This document shows, piece after piece, positions 18,065 through 28,093 of a DNA stretch of 64,000 nt. Every line of letters starts with the position of its first letter. Position 1 is the first letter of the stretch. The stretch is taken from IMG/VR virus record IMGVR_UViG_3300042259_000159. The stretch is one strand, 5' to 3'. Source of the DNA: a virus. Both the position numbers and the translations under genes were made by a program. Below the pieces are notes generated by a model, which was not told the origin of the DNA, did no database searches, and saw nothing but the letters and a program-made list of their open reading frames with translations.

Positions 18065-19104
18065 TAGAACCGCTCCTCATACTCATAAAGGGTTGTTATA
18101 TGGCCTCTCTTCTCAAGCATTCGCAGAAGAATGAAATTTTCATTCATCATCTCTTTCCAGTTACGGGTTATCTCATCACCTCTCCAACCGGTGTATGTGT
18201 AATTATCTCCATAATAATCTTTGTAAGCTTCTGACACGGCTACATACATATCCCTTTCAGTGTTACATCCTTCGAGGTACTTCTCTGCGCCTTTGGGACC
18301 AACGCCTTTGGATTTTCTAATTCCAAACTCTTTCCTTATTTCATCTGTGAAATTATGCAGGCCAAGGATGTTGTCGGTAGCATCTCCTGTCAACATCTGT
18401 GTCCAAAACCGTCTTGCAGCAATATCAATACCAACCCACTCTGGAATAATCTCTTTGTCTAGATAATTAAGGTGATAGCCTGCAACCTGATAAAGATCCT
18501 TATCACAGGCACATATAGTGATGGGTGATGCATCCATATTTCCAGCCTTAACGGCCTTATGATATCCCCACCAACCAAGGACGGAAACAACATCATCAGC
18601 TTCAAATCCGTCTTCCCACACAACCTTGTCTTTGTATGCATCTTTAACAAAATCTTTAACAGCATCAAATCTAAGCGGTTTATCTATCCTGTTCCCTTTG
18701 TATTTCTGTATTGTAGCAATGTCATCACGAAAATTACCACAGCCGCCTATAACTATTTTATAATCTTTGCATAAGGGGTGCTTAATAATCCTCTCAAGGC
18801 TTGCTTCAAATCTGCCGAAGGCGACAAAATCTTCATTTGTTATTTCCACAAGAGGTTCTATCTCAAAGCACTCCGGTGTGAAGGGTGGTTTTCCGTTAGC
18901 CTCCCGTTCTGCATTTAAGTCCGCTAGCCACCCCCCGTCTTTTTTTGAGAAGTTACCTCCCCAGAAGGCTGTTCTGTTTTTAAATATTTTTTTCTTATCA
19001 CTACCTTTGTGCTTCACAACAACACGTTCTTCTTGGCAAGCCAGTGCAGATCTAACAAGGAGTGTATCGGCATCAATAGCAAAAAGCTTTTTATTTTTCT
19101 TCAC
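18064..19104 (-). CDS. 5'-3' exonuclease / flap endonuclease (FEN, T7 gp6 / T5 D15 class)
   Basis: FAIDADTLLVR, YKGNR, GFEADD, LTGDATDNILGL. Confidence 0.75.
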   Translation of the reverse strand: MKKNKKLFAIDADTLLVRSALACQEERVVVKHKGSDKKKIFKNRTAFWGGNFSKKDGGWLADLNAEREANGKPPFTPECFEIEPLVEITNEDFVAFGRFEASLERIIKHPLCKDYKIVIGGCGNFRDDIATIQKYKGNRIDKPLRFDAVKDFVKDAYKDKVVWEDGFEADDVVSVLGWWGYHKAVKAGNMDASPITICACDKDLYQVAGYHLNYLDKEIIPEWVGIDIAARRFWTQMLTGDATDNILGLHNFTDEIRKEFGIRKSKGVGPKGAEKYLEGCNTERDMYVAVSEAYKDYYGDNYTYTGWRGDEITRNWKEMMNENFILLRMLEKRGHITTLYEYEERF

Positions 19105-19158
19105 TATCCCTCCACAAGTGAAAGGGGTTACATTGTAACCCCTTGGAATATAACAGAA

Positions 19159-19986
19159 CTAGAACGGAATATCATCCATTTCGAAGTCTTCTTCACCGCC
19201 ACCAACACTGTCGTCATTAACATATTCATCAGGTTCAAAAGGAGGTTCATCAGGGAGTACAGGTGTTTCAGGTTCTTTTGTCTTCTCCTCCGCTACAGGG
19301 ATTTTACCCTCTTTGACATATTCTGTAACCGGCTTAACCAGTTGAAGAACCCAGATAGCTTTTTCCTGAATCTCATCCTCTTTCTTAGCAATATCACAAG
19401 CATTAAGAATGGCGTGACCCACGGCAGCACCAACATCATAGTCACTCATATCGGGGTGCTTCTTTGCATAAGCGGCCTTAAGCTTGGTTGTCAGGTCATG
19501 AATGAAGCAAGCCGTCTTAATGACAACGCTGTCATCTGCAACCTTTCCACCCTTAAGGAAACGGAATGCTCCGTTGAGTGCGTGACCGACACTAACCCCT
19601 GTCATATCTTTTTTGAAAGACTGCTTTTGCTGCCCACCGCCGGTCTGCTTGCTTTTTGCAGCAGCCTGCTTAAGCTTTATGCTTTTGCCGTTGTAGTAGG
19701 TAACACCGTTGGCACCTGTGTTTGTGGTTAGCGTGAAAGTAATTTCATCTCCTTCTTTCAGATCATGAAATCCTGCACCAAGCTTGATGGCAAACCTCTT
19801 ATCTTTTCTTCCTCCAATATTTACTTTAATACCATCAAAGGATACAGTCTCCATTTTATCCATATCCATACCCTTGACTTCACCATCAAACTGTGCCACC
19901 ACTCTTACCGTGTTTCCATAGTTATCAGGTTGCTTAAGCTCATTAAACCAAAGCTTGCTAATAACACCATTTACAACCATACTCAT
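19159..19986 (-). CDS. single-stranded DNA-binding protein (T7 gp2.5-like)
   Basis: Acidic C-terminal tail EEDFEMDDIPF. ATG at 19986 preceded by AAAGGAGG. Lies in the replication module. Confidence 0.55.
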   Translation of the reverse strand: MSMVVNGVISKLWFNELKQPDNYGNTVRVVAQFDGEVKGMDMDKMETVSFDGIKVNIGGRKDKRFAIKLGAGFHDLKEGDEITFTLTTNTGANGVTYYNGKSIKLKQAAAKSKQTGGGQQKQSFKKDMTGVSVGHALNGAFRFLKGGKVADDSVVIKTACFIHDLTTKLKAAYAKKHPDMSDYDVGAAVGHAILNACDIAKKEDEIQEKAIWVLQLVKPVTEYVKEGKIPVAEEKTKEPETPVLPDEPPFEPDEYVNDDSVGGGEEDFEMDDIPF

Positions 19987-20607
19987 ATCTTTCCTCCTTT
20001 TATCTAAAGCTTTAATATTTAAACTAACCAACTTAAAAATAGACTATACATATTTTCTAAGTATAAGTCAAGAGTTTATTTATTTTATTATTATTTATCT
20101 TAATATTTCATATCTCTACACCTGAAAGGGATTCGATGGGTTTGAAGAGGTTTGGATAGACCACCCCCTATATACCAAGTATTAATACTTAGCTAGAGGG
20201 TCTTTCTATCCATTGATTCGATTGGGAATCAGATGGTCATATCCACAGACTTGATTGCAATCCTTGATTATAATCAGTCGTACCTTTCTCAGTACGGGAT
20301 ATGGGGAGTATATACACGTTGTGCTAGACATATATACCCTACTGGAATCATAACGAAGGATAGCTCCTCCGGCAGCACCCACACCAGTATTAGACCTAGG
20401 CTCTTGCTTCGCTGCGTCCCTCAAGTAACAAGTTCACCACATTTTGCGGCTTATACCCTGCTGGCCCTTGTTGGGGGTCGTCACAACCAACAGGCAGGAG
20501 TCTTGACAAAAGACCTCCTGTCACATACAGTATATGAAAGTGGGCGAACCAAAATCTTTTTGCATGTGAAAAATAAATATACAACAGAGTTTTCAAAAAG
20601 TCAAGAC

Positions 20608-20635
20608 TTGACTTAAACAAAAAATAGTGTATAGT
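20608..20635 (+). promoter_or_regulatory. sigma70-type promoter (TTGACT-N16-TATAGT) embedded in inverted repeat AGTCAAGaCTTGACT
   Basis: Read directly; 30 nt upstream of the RBS of 20668..21051. Confidence 0.5.
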
Positions 20636-20667
20636 CTTAAGATAATCAAAAGGGAGGTAAAATATAC

Positions 20668-21051
20668 ATGAGAACACTGGATAAACAAATAGGCGGGAGT
20701 CATTATACAAAACAAAAAATACAACCAATACAGGGGTATGCGCTCATTGGAATTGAAAAGCAAGCCTTTATGTCAAACATTATCAAGTACATTACGAGGT
20801 TTAAAGACAAGAACGGTCTTCAGGATATCCAAAAAGCAGACGACTATCTTGACCTTATGAAGCTGGGATTTGAAGGTGGTCTTGAGACAGATATGCTAAG
20901 CCTTAGAGAGTATTGTGAAGCAAATAAATTTACAGAAGATCAAACCTCTGTGGTATGCCTCTCTTGGCTCTACATGTTGACAGGAAGAGATGAATACTAC
21001 ACCTATGCAAAGCAGAAGATAGCGAATATACTCAAGGGGTTGGAAGATTAA
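20668..21051 (+). CDS. DUF3310-like protein
   Basis: QIGGSHYTKQKIQPI...NIIKYITRFKDKNGLQDIQKADDYL resembles the DUF3310 signature. Confidence 0.5.
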   Translation: MRTLDKQIGGSHYTKQKIQPIQGYALIGIEKQAFMSNIIKYITRFKDKNGLQDIQKADDYLDLMKLGFEGGLETDMLSLREYCEANKFTEDQTSVVCLSWLYMLTGRDEYYTYAKQKIANILKGLED

Positions 21052-22685
21052 TGGCAATAGGAGGTTATACAAATATGCGGAAAAGGTCTTTTGAGTATAC
21101 CCCGACAGAGACGGTTGAAGAGGTTAATAAGTACCCTTTTGCCATATGGGATGAGAGAGGAATTAGACCAGAAACATTCAAACGTTTTGGTGTAAGAATG
21201 GCCCGTTCCAGCGACGGTCTTTCTGTTTCAGCTATATATTACCCCTTTTATTCTCAGGACAAGAAGGTTTGTGGATATAAGAAGCGCGACCTGACAAAAG
21301 ACAAGCATGAGAGAGGCCACTTCACTGTGATAGGGCATGTCGGGGTAGATTGCATGCTGTTCGGGCAGAACCTTGCAAAAAAATCAAAGAAGGTTTTTAT
21401 TGTTGAGGGAGAAAACGATGTACTGGCTTCATATCAGGCCATGAAGGACTTCATCCTTAAAGGCAAGCCAGAATACAGAAACATGGAACCACCTGTGGTA
21501 GGCTTGTCATGTGGAACAGCAAATGCAGCAGCTGCTGTTGCAACAAACATAAGTTTTATAAACAGTTTTGATGAGGTCGTTCTTGGTCTTGACAATGATG
21601 AAGCAAACCTTGTCGAAAAAAGAAAAGGGGTGAAGAAGGGGAAAGAGGCTACGGAGGATGTTGCAGGCATCCTTATGCGCGACAATATCTTTGTGGCGCA
21701 CTACGAGGATGGATTTAAAGATCCAAACGATTATCTCATGCAAGGTAAGAGCACTCTTCTTGCAAACACGCTCATGTTTACAAAAAACAGGTATGTTGCA
21801 GAGAAGGTGGTGGGTGCCTCAAGCTTTTCTTTTGAGGAGATTATTGCTGAAAAAGAAAAAGGTGTTTATGTAGAGTCTTTCCCGAAAGTTATGGACATGA
21901 TATATGGGATAAGAAAAAGGGAGATGATTGTTATTACCTCAATGTCCGGTGTTGGTAAAAGCTATTTTACATCAGAAATAGGTTACAGTCTTCTGGAGAA
22001 AGGTGCCACAGTGGGAGCAATTTTCCTTGAAGAAGAGGGTAAAGAGACAGTGCAGAGGATTGTGGCAAGAAAGGCCAAGATAAACTTCAACAAGTTCAGA
22101 TTTGCTTGCAAGAGCCTTGCCTCTATTGAGCAGTTGAGGCAGGCATACGATTGGACAACGGGGAAAGATATAGGGAAAGAAAGGCTTTATACCCTTAACC
22201 ATTTTGGTTCCTTGCGTATTAATGACTTGATGAATAAGATAAAGTATTTGACATATGTTTGTAAATGTGACTATATCCTTCTTGACCATTTAAGTGCTGT
22301 TTTGTCTGGACAAGATAGTAAAGATGAACGCAAGGAATTTGATATCCTTATGACCGAGCTTGCTGCTTTTGTATCCTCAAACGATGTTGGCATCATTGCC
22401 GTGTCACATCTTAATAGAAATGCAGCAGAGGAGATTAGAGGTCTTTCAAACCTTAAAGAACCTAAATGGATATGCACCAAGAAGGAAGACCTCAGGGGTT
22501 CAGCGAGCCTTGAGCAGTTCTCATGGATAATTCTTGGGATTGACTTTGAGGTTAGACCTGATAGAACCAGAGGAAGAGCACGGATTACCGTTCTTAAAAA
22601 TAGACCTCTGGGAACAATCGGTGTTGGTGATGTTTTTATATTGGACAATGATACTGGCCTCTTTATTAACGCAGATATTGTATAG
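21051..22685 (+). CDS. DNA primase-helicase (TOPRIM plus DnaB/gp4-type helicase), no Zn-ribbon
   Basis: VFIVEGENDVLASYQ and LGLDNDEAN (TOPRIM), Walker A SMSGVGKSY, Walker B YILLDHLS, then SHLNR. Confidence 0.8.
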   Translation: MAIGGYTNMRKRSFEYTPTETVEEVNKYPFAIWDERGIRPETFKRFGVRMARSSDGLSVSAIYYPFYSQDKKVCGYKKRDLTKDKHERGHFTVIGHVGVDCMLFGQNLAKKSKKVFIVEGENDVLASYQAMKDFILKGKPEYRNMEPPVVGLSCGTANAAAAVATNISFINSFDEVVLGLDNDEANLVEKRKGVKKGKEATEDVAGILMRDNIFVAHYEDGFKDPNDYLMQGKSTLLANTLMFTKNRYVAEKVVGASSFSFEEIIAEKEKGVYVESFPKVMDMIYGIRKREMIVITSMSGVGKSYFTSEIGYSLLEKGATVGAIFLEEEGKETVQRIVARKAKINFNKFRFACKSLASIEQLRQAYDWTTGKDIGKERLYTLNHFGSLRINDLMNKIKYLTYVCKCDYILLDHLSAVLSGQDSKDERKEFDILMTELAAFVSSNDVGIIAVSHLNRNAAEEIRGLSNLKEPKWICTKKEDLRGSASLEQFSWIILGIDFEVRPDRTRGRARITVLKNRPLGTIGVGDVFILDNDTGLFINADIV

Positions 22686-22698
22686 AAGGAGTAGTGAA

Positions 22699-25119
22699 AT
22701 GAGATTCTTTACAATGGACTCTGAAGGAGATGGACTTGTAGATGAAATAACTAAGTTCCACTGTATTGTCTTCAAGGAGTATAAAAAGGAAAACATTTTT
22801 GTGTTTGTCGACAAAGAAAGAATGACAAAAGACATCTCAAAAGGTATAGAAAATGTATTCTCTAAATACCGTTTTACTTGGGGGTATATAGAGGATTTTC
22901 CCAGATTCCTTAAGAGTGATATTGTTGACGGATTTCATTGTCATAACTTCTTCGGATTTGATCAGAAGGCCATTGAGAAACTGATACCGGAAATAAAGTT
23001 TAACCCCTTCATCAGACGTGAGGGGGTTCCGAGTACTGTTAATGTTGGTGGTTTTGAAAGAGACATACACATTTATGACACCCTTCCAATGAGCAGAACG
23101 CTGCACCCAGACAGACCCCTACCTTCTGGGTGTCCTGCTAGGATTAAGAACCCTATAACAGGGAAGATGCAAAATGTTGGCCCCCACGGTTTTCAGGCTT
23201 GGGGATACCGTGTTGCAAGAGCAAAGCCGCAGATCGATGATTGGATAAATGACACACTTTTTAACTATATACAACGGTGTGTTGCAGATACTGAAATCGG
23301 TGAAAAGGTTTGGGATGCCCTAAGGGTGGAGGCTCAAGACATAGCCACGGGTGGGGATTGGAAAAAACCGCTTAAGACATCAATGATAGATTTTTTTCTG
23401 TTTTGTGGTCAAGAGCAGGAAGGTGCCTTGTTGGATAAAGAGAAAGCGAAGACCCTTTGGGAAAGTATAAATAAAATGATGAAGGAGATAGCAGATGATG
23501 TAAATGCCTATCTTCTTGAGAAGAATGTTAGAAGGCCCCTTCCAAAAACAAAACAACCTAAATATCCTGCACAAACGTTTAAAAAAGACGGCACTCTAAC
23601 AAATAATGCACTCAAGTGGTGTGATAGGGTTGGTATACCAGAAAAAGACGCTGAGAAGGCCATTCTGTGCATAAATAAGGCACTTAAAGAAGGGGATGAG
23701 AGTGTCCTTGAAAGGTATGTTTTGACGGAACAAGTCACTATTGCACACGATGCAGCCATTAAGGAGTATCTTGTGGAAGAGGGTTGGGTTCCTACTCTTT
23801 GGAATATAAAAAACGCTTTTGTGAATCAGAAGAAAAAGGACTACACTCCTGAAGAGGTAGATGCAAACATTGCAAAGTATATCAGTGAACTGAAGACAAG
23901 CCCTTATAAAAGATTTATTCTTAAAGAGTTGGATTGGGAAGGCATGGACACTGATAGAGCTTTAAGTACCGAATCCTTCAGGAAGCATGTAAAAAGTAAA
24001 GGTAGGCAGCTTCCCACAACACCTAAAATAAAGGATGCCGCCACGGGTCGTATATGTCACAACCTTGAAGAGATGGATGGTGATTTTGCAAAGAAGGTTG
24101 TGAAATATGGTAGTTTGGAAAACAGACGTAATGTAATTCTTAGTGATAATGGAACTGGTTGGCTAACACACCCTAGACTTGAAAGGGACGGAAGAATACC
24201 TGCCAGCCATACAGGAACCACAAATACACACAGAGTTAAGCATTCAAACATCGTTAATATACCCAAGCCCGATCCTAAGGTTCTTTTGGGGTATGAGATG
24301 CGTGATCTTTTTGTTGCTCCTGAAGGGTGGATGTGTGTTGGGTGGGATAGTGCCGCTCTTGAAAACAGGGTTGCGGGGAGTGCTGCATACCCCTATGATG
24401 GGGGCAGATATGCAGATATTCTTCTCTTAGCGGACAGCCATACCCTTAATGCCCAAGCTTATTCTAAAGCAGCGGGGAAGGAAATCACAAGAAATAATGG
24501 CAAGTCTGTGACGTATGGAATTTTATACGGAGCACAGGCAAAAAAGGTTGCAAAAATGCTTGACATTTCCGTGGAAAAAGCACAAGATGTTATCAATGCT
24601 TTTTGGGATTCCAACGATGGTTTGAAGAAGTTTAAAGAGCATCTTGAGGCTTATTGGGAGAGCACAGGGAAAAAATACATCCTCGGACTAGATGGTAGGA
24701 AGGTTTATACAAGAAGTAAGCACAGCCTTGTAAATGCAGCCTTCCAATCCTGCGGTGCCATTCTTATGTCGCACACTATGGTGGAGATTGAGTATAGAAG
24801 GAGAGAGCAGGGTCTTATTGCTCCTCGTTGGGGATTTTATCATGATGAGGGGCAGTATTATATTCCTTTTACAAAAGATAAAAGTCTTTTTGATTTTGTG
24901 ATTCAGGATGAAAAGGATACCCCAAAACCAGATGACAGGATGTGGACAAAAGCAAGAGAGATAAAAGAAGGCAAGGCGGCAGGCAAGTTTGTGAGGTATT
25001 ACAGCCGTTTTGGAGAGTTGTGTGTTGAAACCCATAGGGATGTAGGTGTAATGCTTGGTATGAATATTCCTCTTGACGGGGAATACATGGTTGGTAAGAG
25101 TTGGGCACAAACACATTAA
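22699..25119 (+). CDS. Family A DNA polymerase with 3'-5' exonuclease domain
   Basis: ATG at 22699 after AAGGAG. Exo I FTMDSEGDGL, motif A GWDSAALENRV, motif B KSVTYGILYGAQ, motif C YHDEGQY. Confidence 0.85.
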   Translation: MRFFTMDSEGDGLVDEITKFHCIVFKEYKKENIFVFVDKERMTKDISKGIENVFSKYRFTWGYIEDFPRFLKSDIVDGFHCHNFFGFDQKAIEKLIPEIKFNPFIRREGVPSTVNVGGFERDIHIYDTLPMSRTLHPDRPLPSGCPARIKNPITGKMQNVGPHGFQAWGYRVARAKPQIDDWINDTLFNYIQRCVADTEIGEKVWDALRVEAQDIATGGDWKKPLKTSMIDFFLFCGQEQEGALLDKEKAKTLWESINKMMKEIADDVNAYLLEKNVRRPLPKTKQPKYPAQTFKKDGTLTNNALKWCDRVGIPEKDAEKAILCINKALKEGDESVLERYVLTEQVTIAHDAAIKEYLVEEGWVPTLWNIKNAFVNQKKKDYTPEEVDANIAKYISELKTSPYKRFILKELDWEGMDTDRALSTESFRKHVKSKGRQLPTTPKIKDAATGRICHNLEEMDGDFAKKVVKYGSLENRRNVILSDNGTGWLTHPRLERDGRIPASHTGTTNTHRVKHSNIVNIPKPDPKVLLGYEMRDLFVAPEGWMCVGWDSAALENRVAGSAAYPYDGGRYADILLLADSHTLNAQAYSKAAGKEITRNNGKSVTYGILYGAQAKKVAKMLDISVEKAQDVINAFWDSNDGLKKFKEHLEAYWESTGKKYILGLDGRKVYTRSKHSLVNAAFQSCGAILMSHTMVEIEYRRREQGLIAPRWGFYHDEGQYYIPFTKDKSLFDFVIQDEKDTPKPDDRMWTKAREIKEGKAAGKFVRYYSRFGELCVETHRDVGVMLGMNIPLDGEYMVGKSWAQTH

Positions 25120-25145
25120 AAACTTTTAGTAAAGAAGGAGAATGT

Positions 25146-25394
25146 ATGAATCTTTATGTAGTAGAAACACCTGTTATGCCTAAGAATGATTGGGATACCT
25201 ATCACAGAGCCTTTACGAGGGTAGAGGCTGTTGATCCCCTCCATGCGGTTAAGATAATTCTGTCTCAGCTTGACGATAAGGAAAAATACCGTGATTACAT
25301 TGTGAGCTGTGATGGTATGTGTGATGACAAGGGTGTTTCTTGTCAAACCCTTATTAGGGTTGATACAGCAGGAATTTCAACATATTATATTTAG
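25146..25394 (+). CDS. hypothetical protein
   Basis: ATG after AAGGAG. Confidence 0.45.
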   Translation: MNLYVVETPVMPKNDWDTYHRAFTRVEAVDPLHAVKIILSQLDDKEKYRDYIVSCDGMCDDKGVSCQTLIRVDTAGISTYYI

Positions 25395-25402
25395 GAAACA
25401 AT

Positions 25403-25753
25403 ATGAACATCTTTAACAAAACAGATAAAGAAACGGCAGACGACCCAGAAAACGAAGGCATGTTCTTTACCCTAGCCAAAAACTTTGATGATGACTTTGA
25501 TTCACAAGAACAAAAAGAAAAACATAGTGGGTGGGTAAAAATTGCGGTAGGGGAATTGGGGTGTAATGCCGTTCTTGATTATGAAAAAGGCATTTCAGAC
25601 TTTGCACTTGAAATGCTCAAAGAAGATATAAAGGATCAGAATGTTGATCTTGGAGAGGTTGGTGTGTACACGTTTAACATAAATGTGGACTGTGAATCAG
25701 ATTACTATGGTGACTATGATTGTTACCTTGAATATGAGAAAATTGAAGACTAA
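25403..25753 (+). CDS. hypothetical acidic protein
   Basis: ORF track; D/E-rich by eye. Confidence 0.45.
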   Translation: MNIFNKTDKETADDPENEGMFFTLAKNFDDDFDSQEQKEKHSGWVKIAVGELGCNAVLDYEKGISDFALEMLKEDIKDQNVDLGEVGVYTFNINVDCESDYYGDYDCYLEYEKIED

Positions 25754-25793
25754 ACACTACTGACCGAATTAAACAAAAAGGAGAGTTGATCAT

Positions 25794-26186
25794 ATGAATT
25801 ATAAAGAACACCTTATTGCAAACATGAAAGTTGCTGCCAACTCATTTAAAATGATGGTATTTCATGCCTTGCACGGTATCATTCCTTGCAAATACACAAG
25901 TCATGATTATTGGGCTGTCAACGACAATTCAAAGGATATCAAAACATCGGAGTTTATTCCCTGCAAAGAGCGATTGCCGGAAAACAAAGGATATTATTGG
26001 GCTACTGTTAAAGAATCGGGTAGCCCGTATAGTGAAACCGGCACTAGTTACTATATAGAAACAGTTTGGTACAGCCCTGAAAATGGAAATGGCTGGTACA
26101 TTGCGAATTGCCGCAAAGATAATCCTGATTGGACATTTGAAGTTACTGCGTGGATGGAACGCGCCAAGCCTTATAAAGGAGATTGA
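25794..26186 (+). CDS. DUF551-like protein
   Basis: The C-terminus WYIANCRKDNPDWTFEVTAWMERAKPYK resembles DUF551. The N-terminal HALHGIIPCKYTSH is shared with 58444..58596. Confidence 0.4.
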   Translation: MNYKEHLIANMKVAANSFKMMVFHALHGIIPCKYTSHDYWAVNDNSKDIKTSEFIPCKERLPENKGYYWATVKESGSPYSETGTSYYIETVWYSPENGNGWYIANCRKDNPDWTFEVTAWMERAKPYKGD

Positions 26187-26288
26187 TAGTGCCCAAGAAC
26201 TACATACCTGTTTGGACGGGTTGGGGAGGGCAAGCCCTACTTGTAGATAAAGCGTGAAACGCTTTGTTTCTAAAACCTATATTTTCTA

Positions 26289-26317
26289 TTGACAAAAGTG
26301 TTCGGTCTTGATAGGTT
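26289..26317 (+). promoter_or_regulatory. sigma70-type promoter (TTGACA-N17-TAGGTT, then GTATTTAAC)
   Basis: Same architecture at 32237 (+) and 56322 (-). Confidence 0.5.
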
Positions 26318-26357
26318 GTATTTAACGAAACAACATAAACAAACAAAAGGTTCAGAC

Positions 26358-26768
26358 ATGCGTAAAACTCTTTTTATTATTCGGGGTGCTTCCGGTTCCG
26401 GTAAAAGCACTCTTGCTGATGAGATTGATAACATTTTGCAGGTTTGGGAAGCAGATATGTATTTTACAGATGCCATTACTCAGGAATATAACTTCATCCC
26501 TAAACTCCTCCCGCTGGCTCATAAGTGGTGTCAAAATCAGATCCGTAAGTGTATGGAGCGCGGTGACAAGAGAATTGCTGTGGCAAATACCTTTACAAAA
26601 AACTGGGAAATGAAACCATATCTTGACATGTGTGAAGATTTTGGTTACACTCCTTTCGTAATTCGCTGTGAGAATGCTTTTGACAATATCCACGATGTAC
26701 CTGAAGATGTTGTCAAGAAACAACGCGAACGTTTTGAAGATTATGGAGTAACTAAAGATGTCTCGTAG
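26358..26768 (+). CDS. P-loop kinase-like protein (AAA_33-like)
   Basis: Walker A GASGSGKST at the N-terminus. Confidence 0.5.
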   Translation: MRKTLFIIRGASGSGKSTLADEIDNILQVWEADMYFTDAITQEYNFIPKLLPLAHKWCQNQIRKCMERGDKRIAVANTFTKNWEMKPYLDMCEDFGYTPFVIRCENAFDNIHDVPEDVVKKQRERFEDYGVTKDVS

Positions 26769-26988
26769 GGTATACACAAAAACTATCAAGACAGAAAAGG
26801 AAGTCGCATTTACCGAATTAACATGTGACGAGTGTGGCAGAAAAGAAGAAACAAGCGCAGACGAATTGTTCGGATGGGATGCTATGACGTATGGTGGTAA
26901 GGTATACGATATATGCCCCTCGTGTGCTGAGGCTTTGGCTACTATTGTACAATCTATGAAAATAGAAAAGCAAGAAAATCTATACTAA
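26758..26988 (+). CDS. Zn-ribbon protein
   Basis: CDECG...CPSC. Confidence 0.45.
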   Translation: MSRRVYTKTIKTEKEVAFTELTCDECGRKEETSADELFGWDAMTYGGKVYDICPSCAEALATIVQSMKIEKQENLY

Positions 26989-27011
26989 CCTGTTATAAGA
27001 AAAGGCTAACT

Positions 27012-27545
27012 TTGGACATCTTCTTTATAACTTTTATTCTGTGGTTTGGAGGGGAGACTATTCCCGATGATCTCCTGCACGATACAATCAGTGAGGTTGT
27101 CGATATTGTATGTTCTCAGCACCACATACCGGACAAGGAAAGTTTTAAAAGGCTTTTATATGAGACTGCTCAATATGAAAGTGAGGGTGGAATATATATA
27201 GAACAGCTTTCCGGAGGAGGAGCAAAAGGTATCTATCAGATAGAGCCTTTCACAGCGGAGTGCATAAAAAGCAATTGGATGAAATATAACGCTTCCAGCG
27301 GTGTTGAGACACTTTATAAAAATGCCTATGAAAGCGGCATGGGCTTGGAGTGGAATCTAGAGGTTAATCTGGGGTTTCAAACACTTATAGCCTCTTTGAT
27401 TTACATTTCAAGAATGAATAAAAAAGACCATGCCCTAATAAAAACCTTGACAGGAAGGGCAAAAGTGTATAAGAAGTATTTTAATACACCACTTGGAAAA
27501 GGAACAGTTCAAGGGTATATAACCAAAAACAAAAAGGAGAAATGA
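27012..27545 (+). CDS. lytic transglycosylase (SLT-like) with N-terminal hydrophobic segment
   Basis: YETAQYESEGG ... GAKGIYQIEP. TTG start as in the ORF track. Confidence 0.45.
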   Translation: MDIFFITFILWFGGETIPDDLLHDTISEVVDIVCSQHHIPDKESFKRLLYETAQYESEGGIYIEQLSGGGAKGIYQIEPFTAECIKSNWMKYNASSGVETLYKNAYESGMGLEWNLEVNLGFQTLIASLIYISRMNKKDHALIKTLTGRAKVYKKYFNTPLGKGTVQGYITKNKKEK

Positions 27546-27802
27546 TGAGTATTTACACACCGAAAGAGGTAGCAAATGTAGCAATGGATATCGTTCTGAA
27601 GGAGGGCATTGCACGTCTTGAGTATGATAAAGATTTTATCCGAAAGATTGAAAACACCCTTCAAGAAGCAGGGTACTTTAAGGTAAACATTACCGATGCA
27701 CAGAAGCGTCACATTGCAAAAGCAATGCTTAAGGATGTGACACGATGGCATGAAAGTCGCCGTAAATATATGGCAGAAAGCCGTGGACATAAGAACTGGT
27801 AA
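27542..27802 (+). CDS. hypothetical protein
   Basis: ORF track; ATGA overlap with the upstream gene. Confidence 0.45.
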   Translation: MMSIYTPKEVANVAMDIVLKEGIARLEYDKDFIRKIENTLQEAGYFKVNITDAQKRHIAKAMLKDVTRWHESRRKYMAESRGHKNW

Positions 27803-27852
27803 GTCTTAATTCCTCGACTGGCCAGTCCCATTCAGACGTTTAAGGAGTACAA

Positions 27853-28041
27853 ATGCTTGCTTTTTGTTCGCAAGACGAGTTTGATTTTTCAGAGGAAAAA
27901 CAGGAAAGACGTGTAAACCGTATGAAGAAGGGAAGTAAACGGCTTACTAAAGAAGATCGTAAGAAGATAGTTAAACAAAGGCGTATACTTAAGAACAAAG
28001 AGGGCTTCAGGGATGAAGAGCATGATGGTGAGTATATCTAG
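27853..28041 (+). CDS. hypothetical basic protein
   Basis: ORF track. Confidence 0.35.
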   Translation: MLAFCSQDEFDFSEEKQERRVNRMKKGSKRLTKEDRKKIVKQRRILKNKEGFRDEEHDGEYI

Positions 28042-28093
28042 CGCACCACACTCAAAATGCCTGAGAAAAAATAAGGAGAACACTGTGGAAAAG

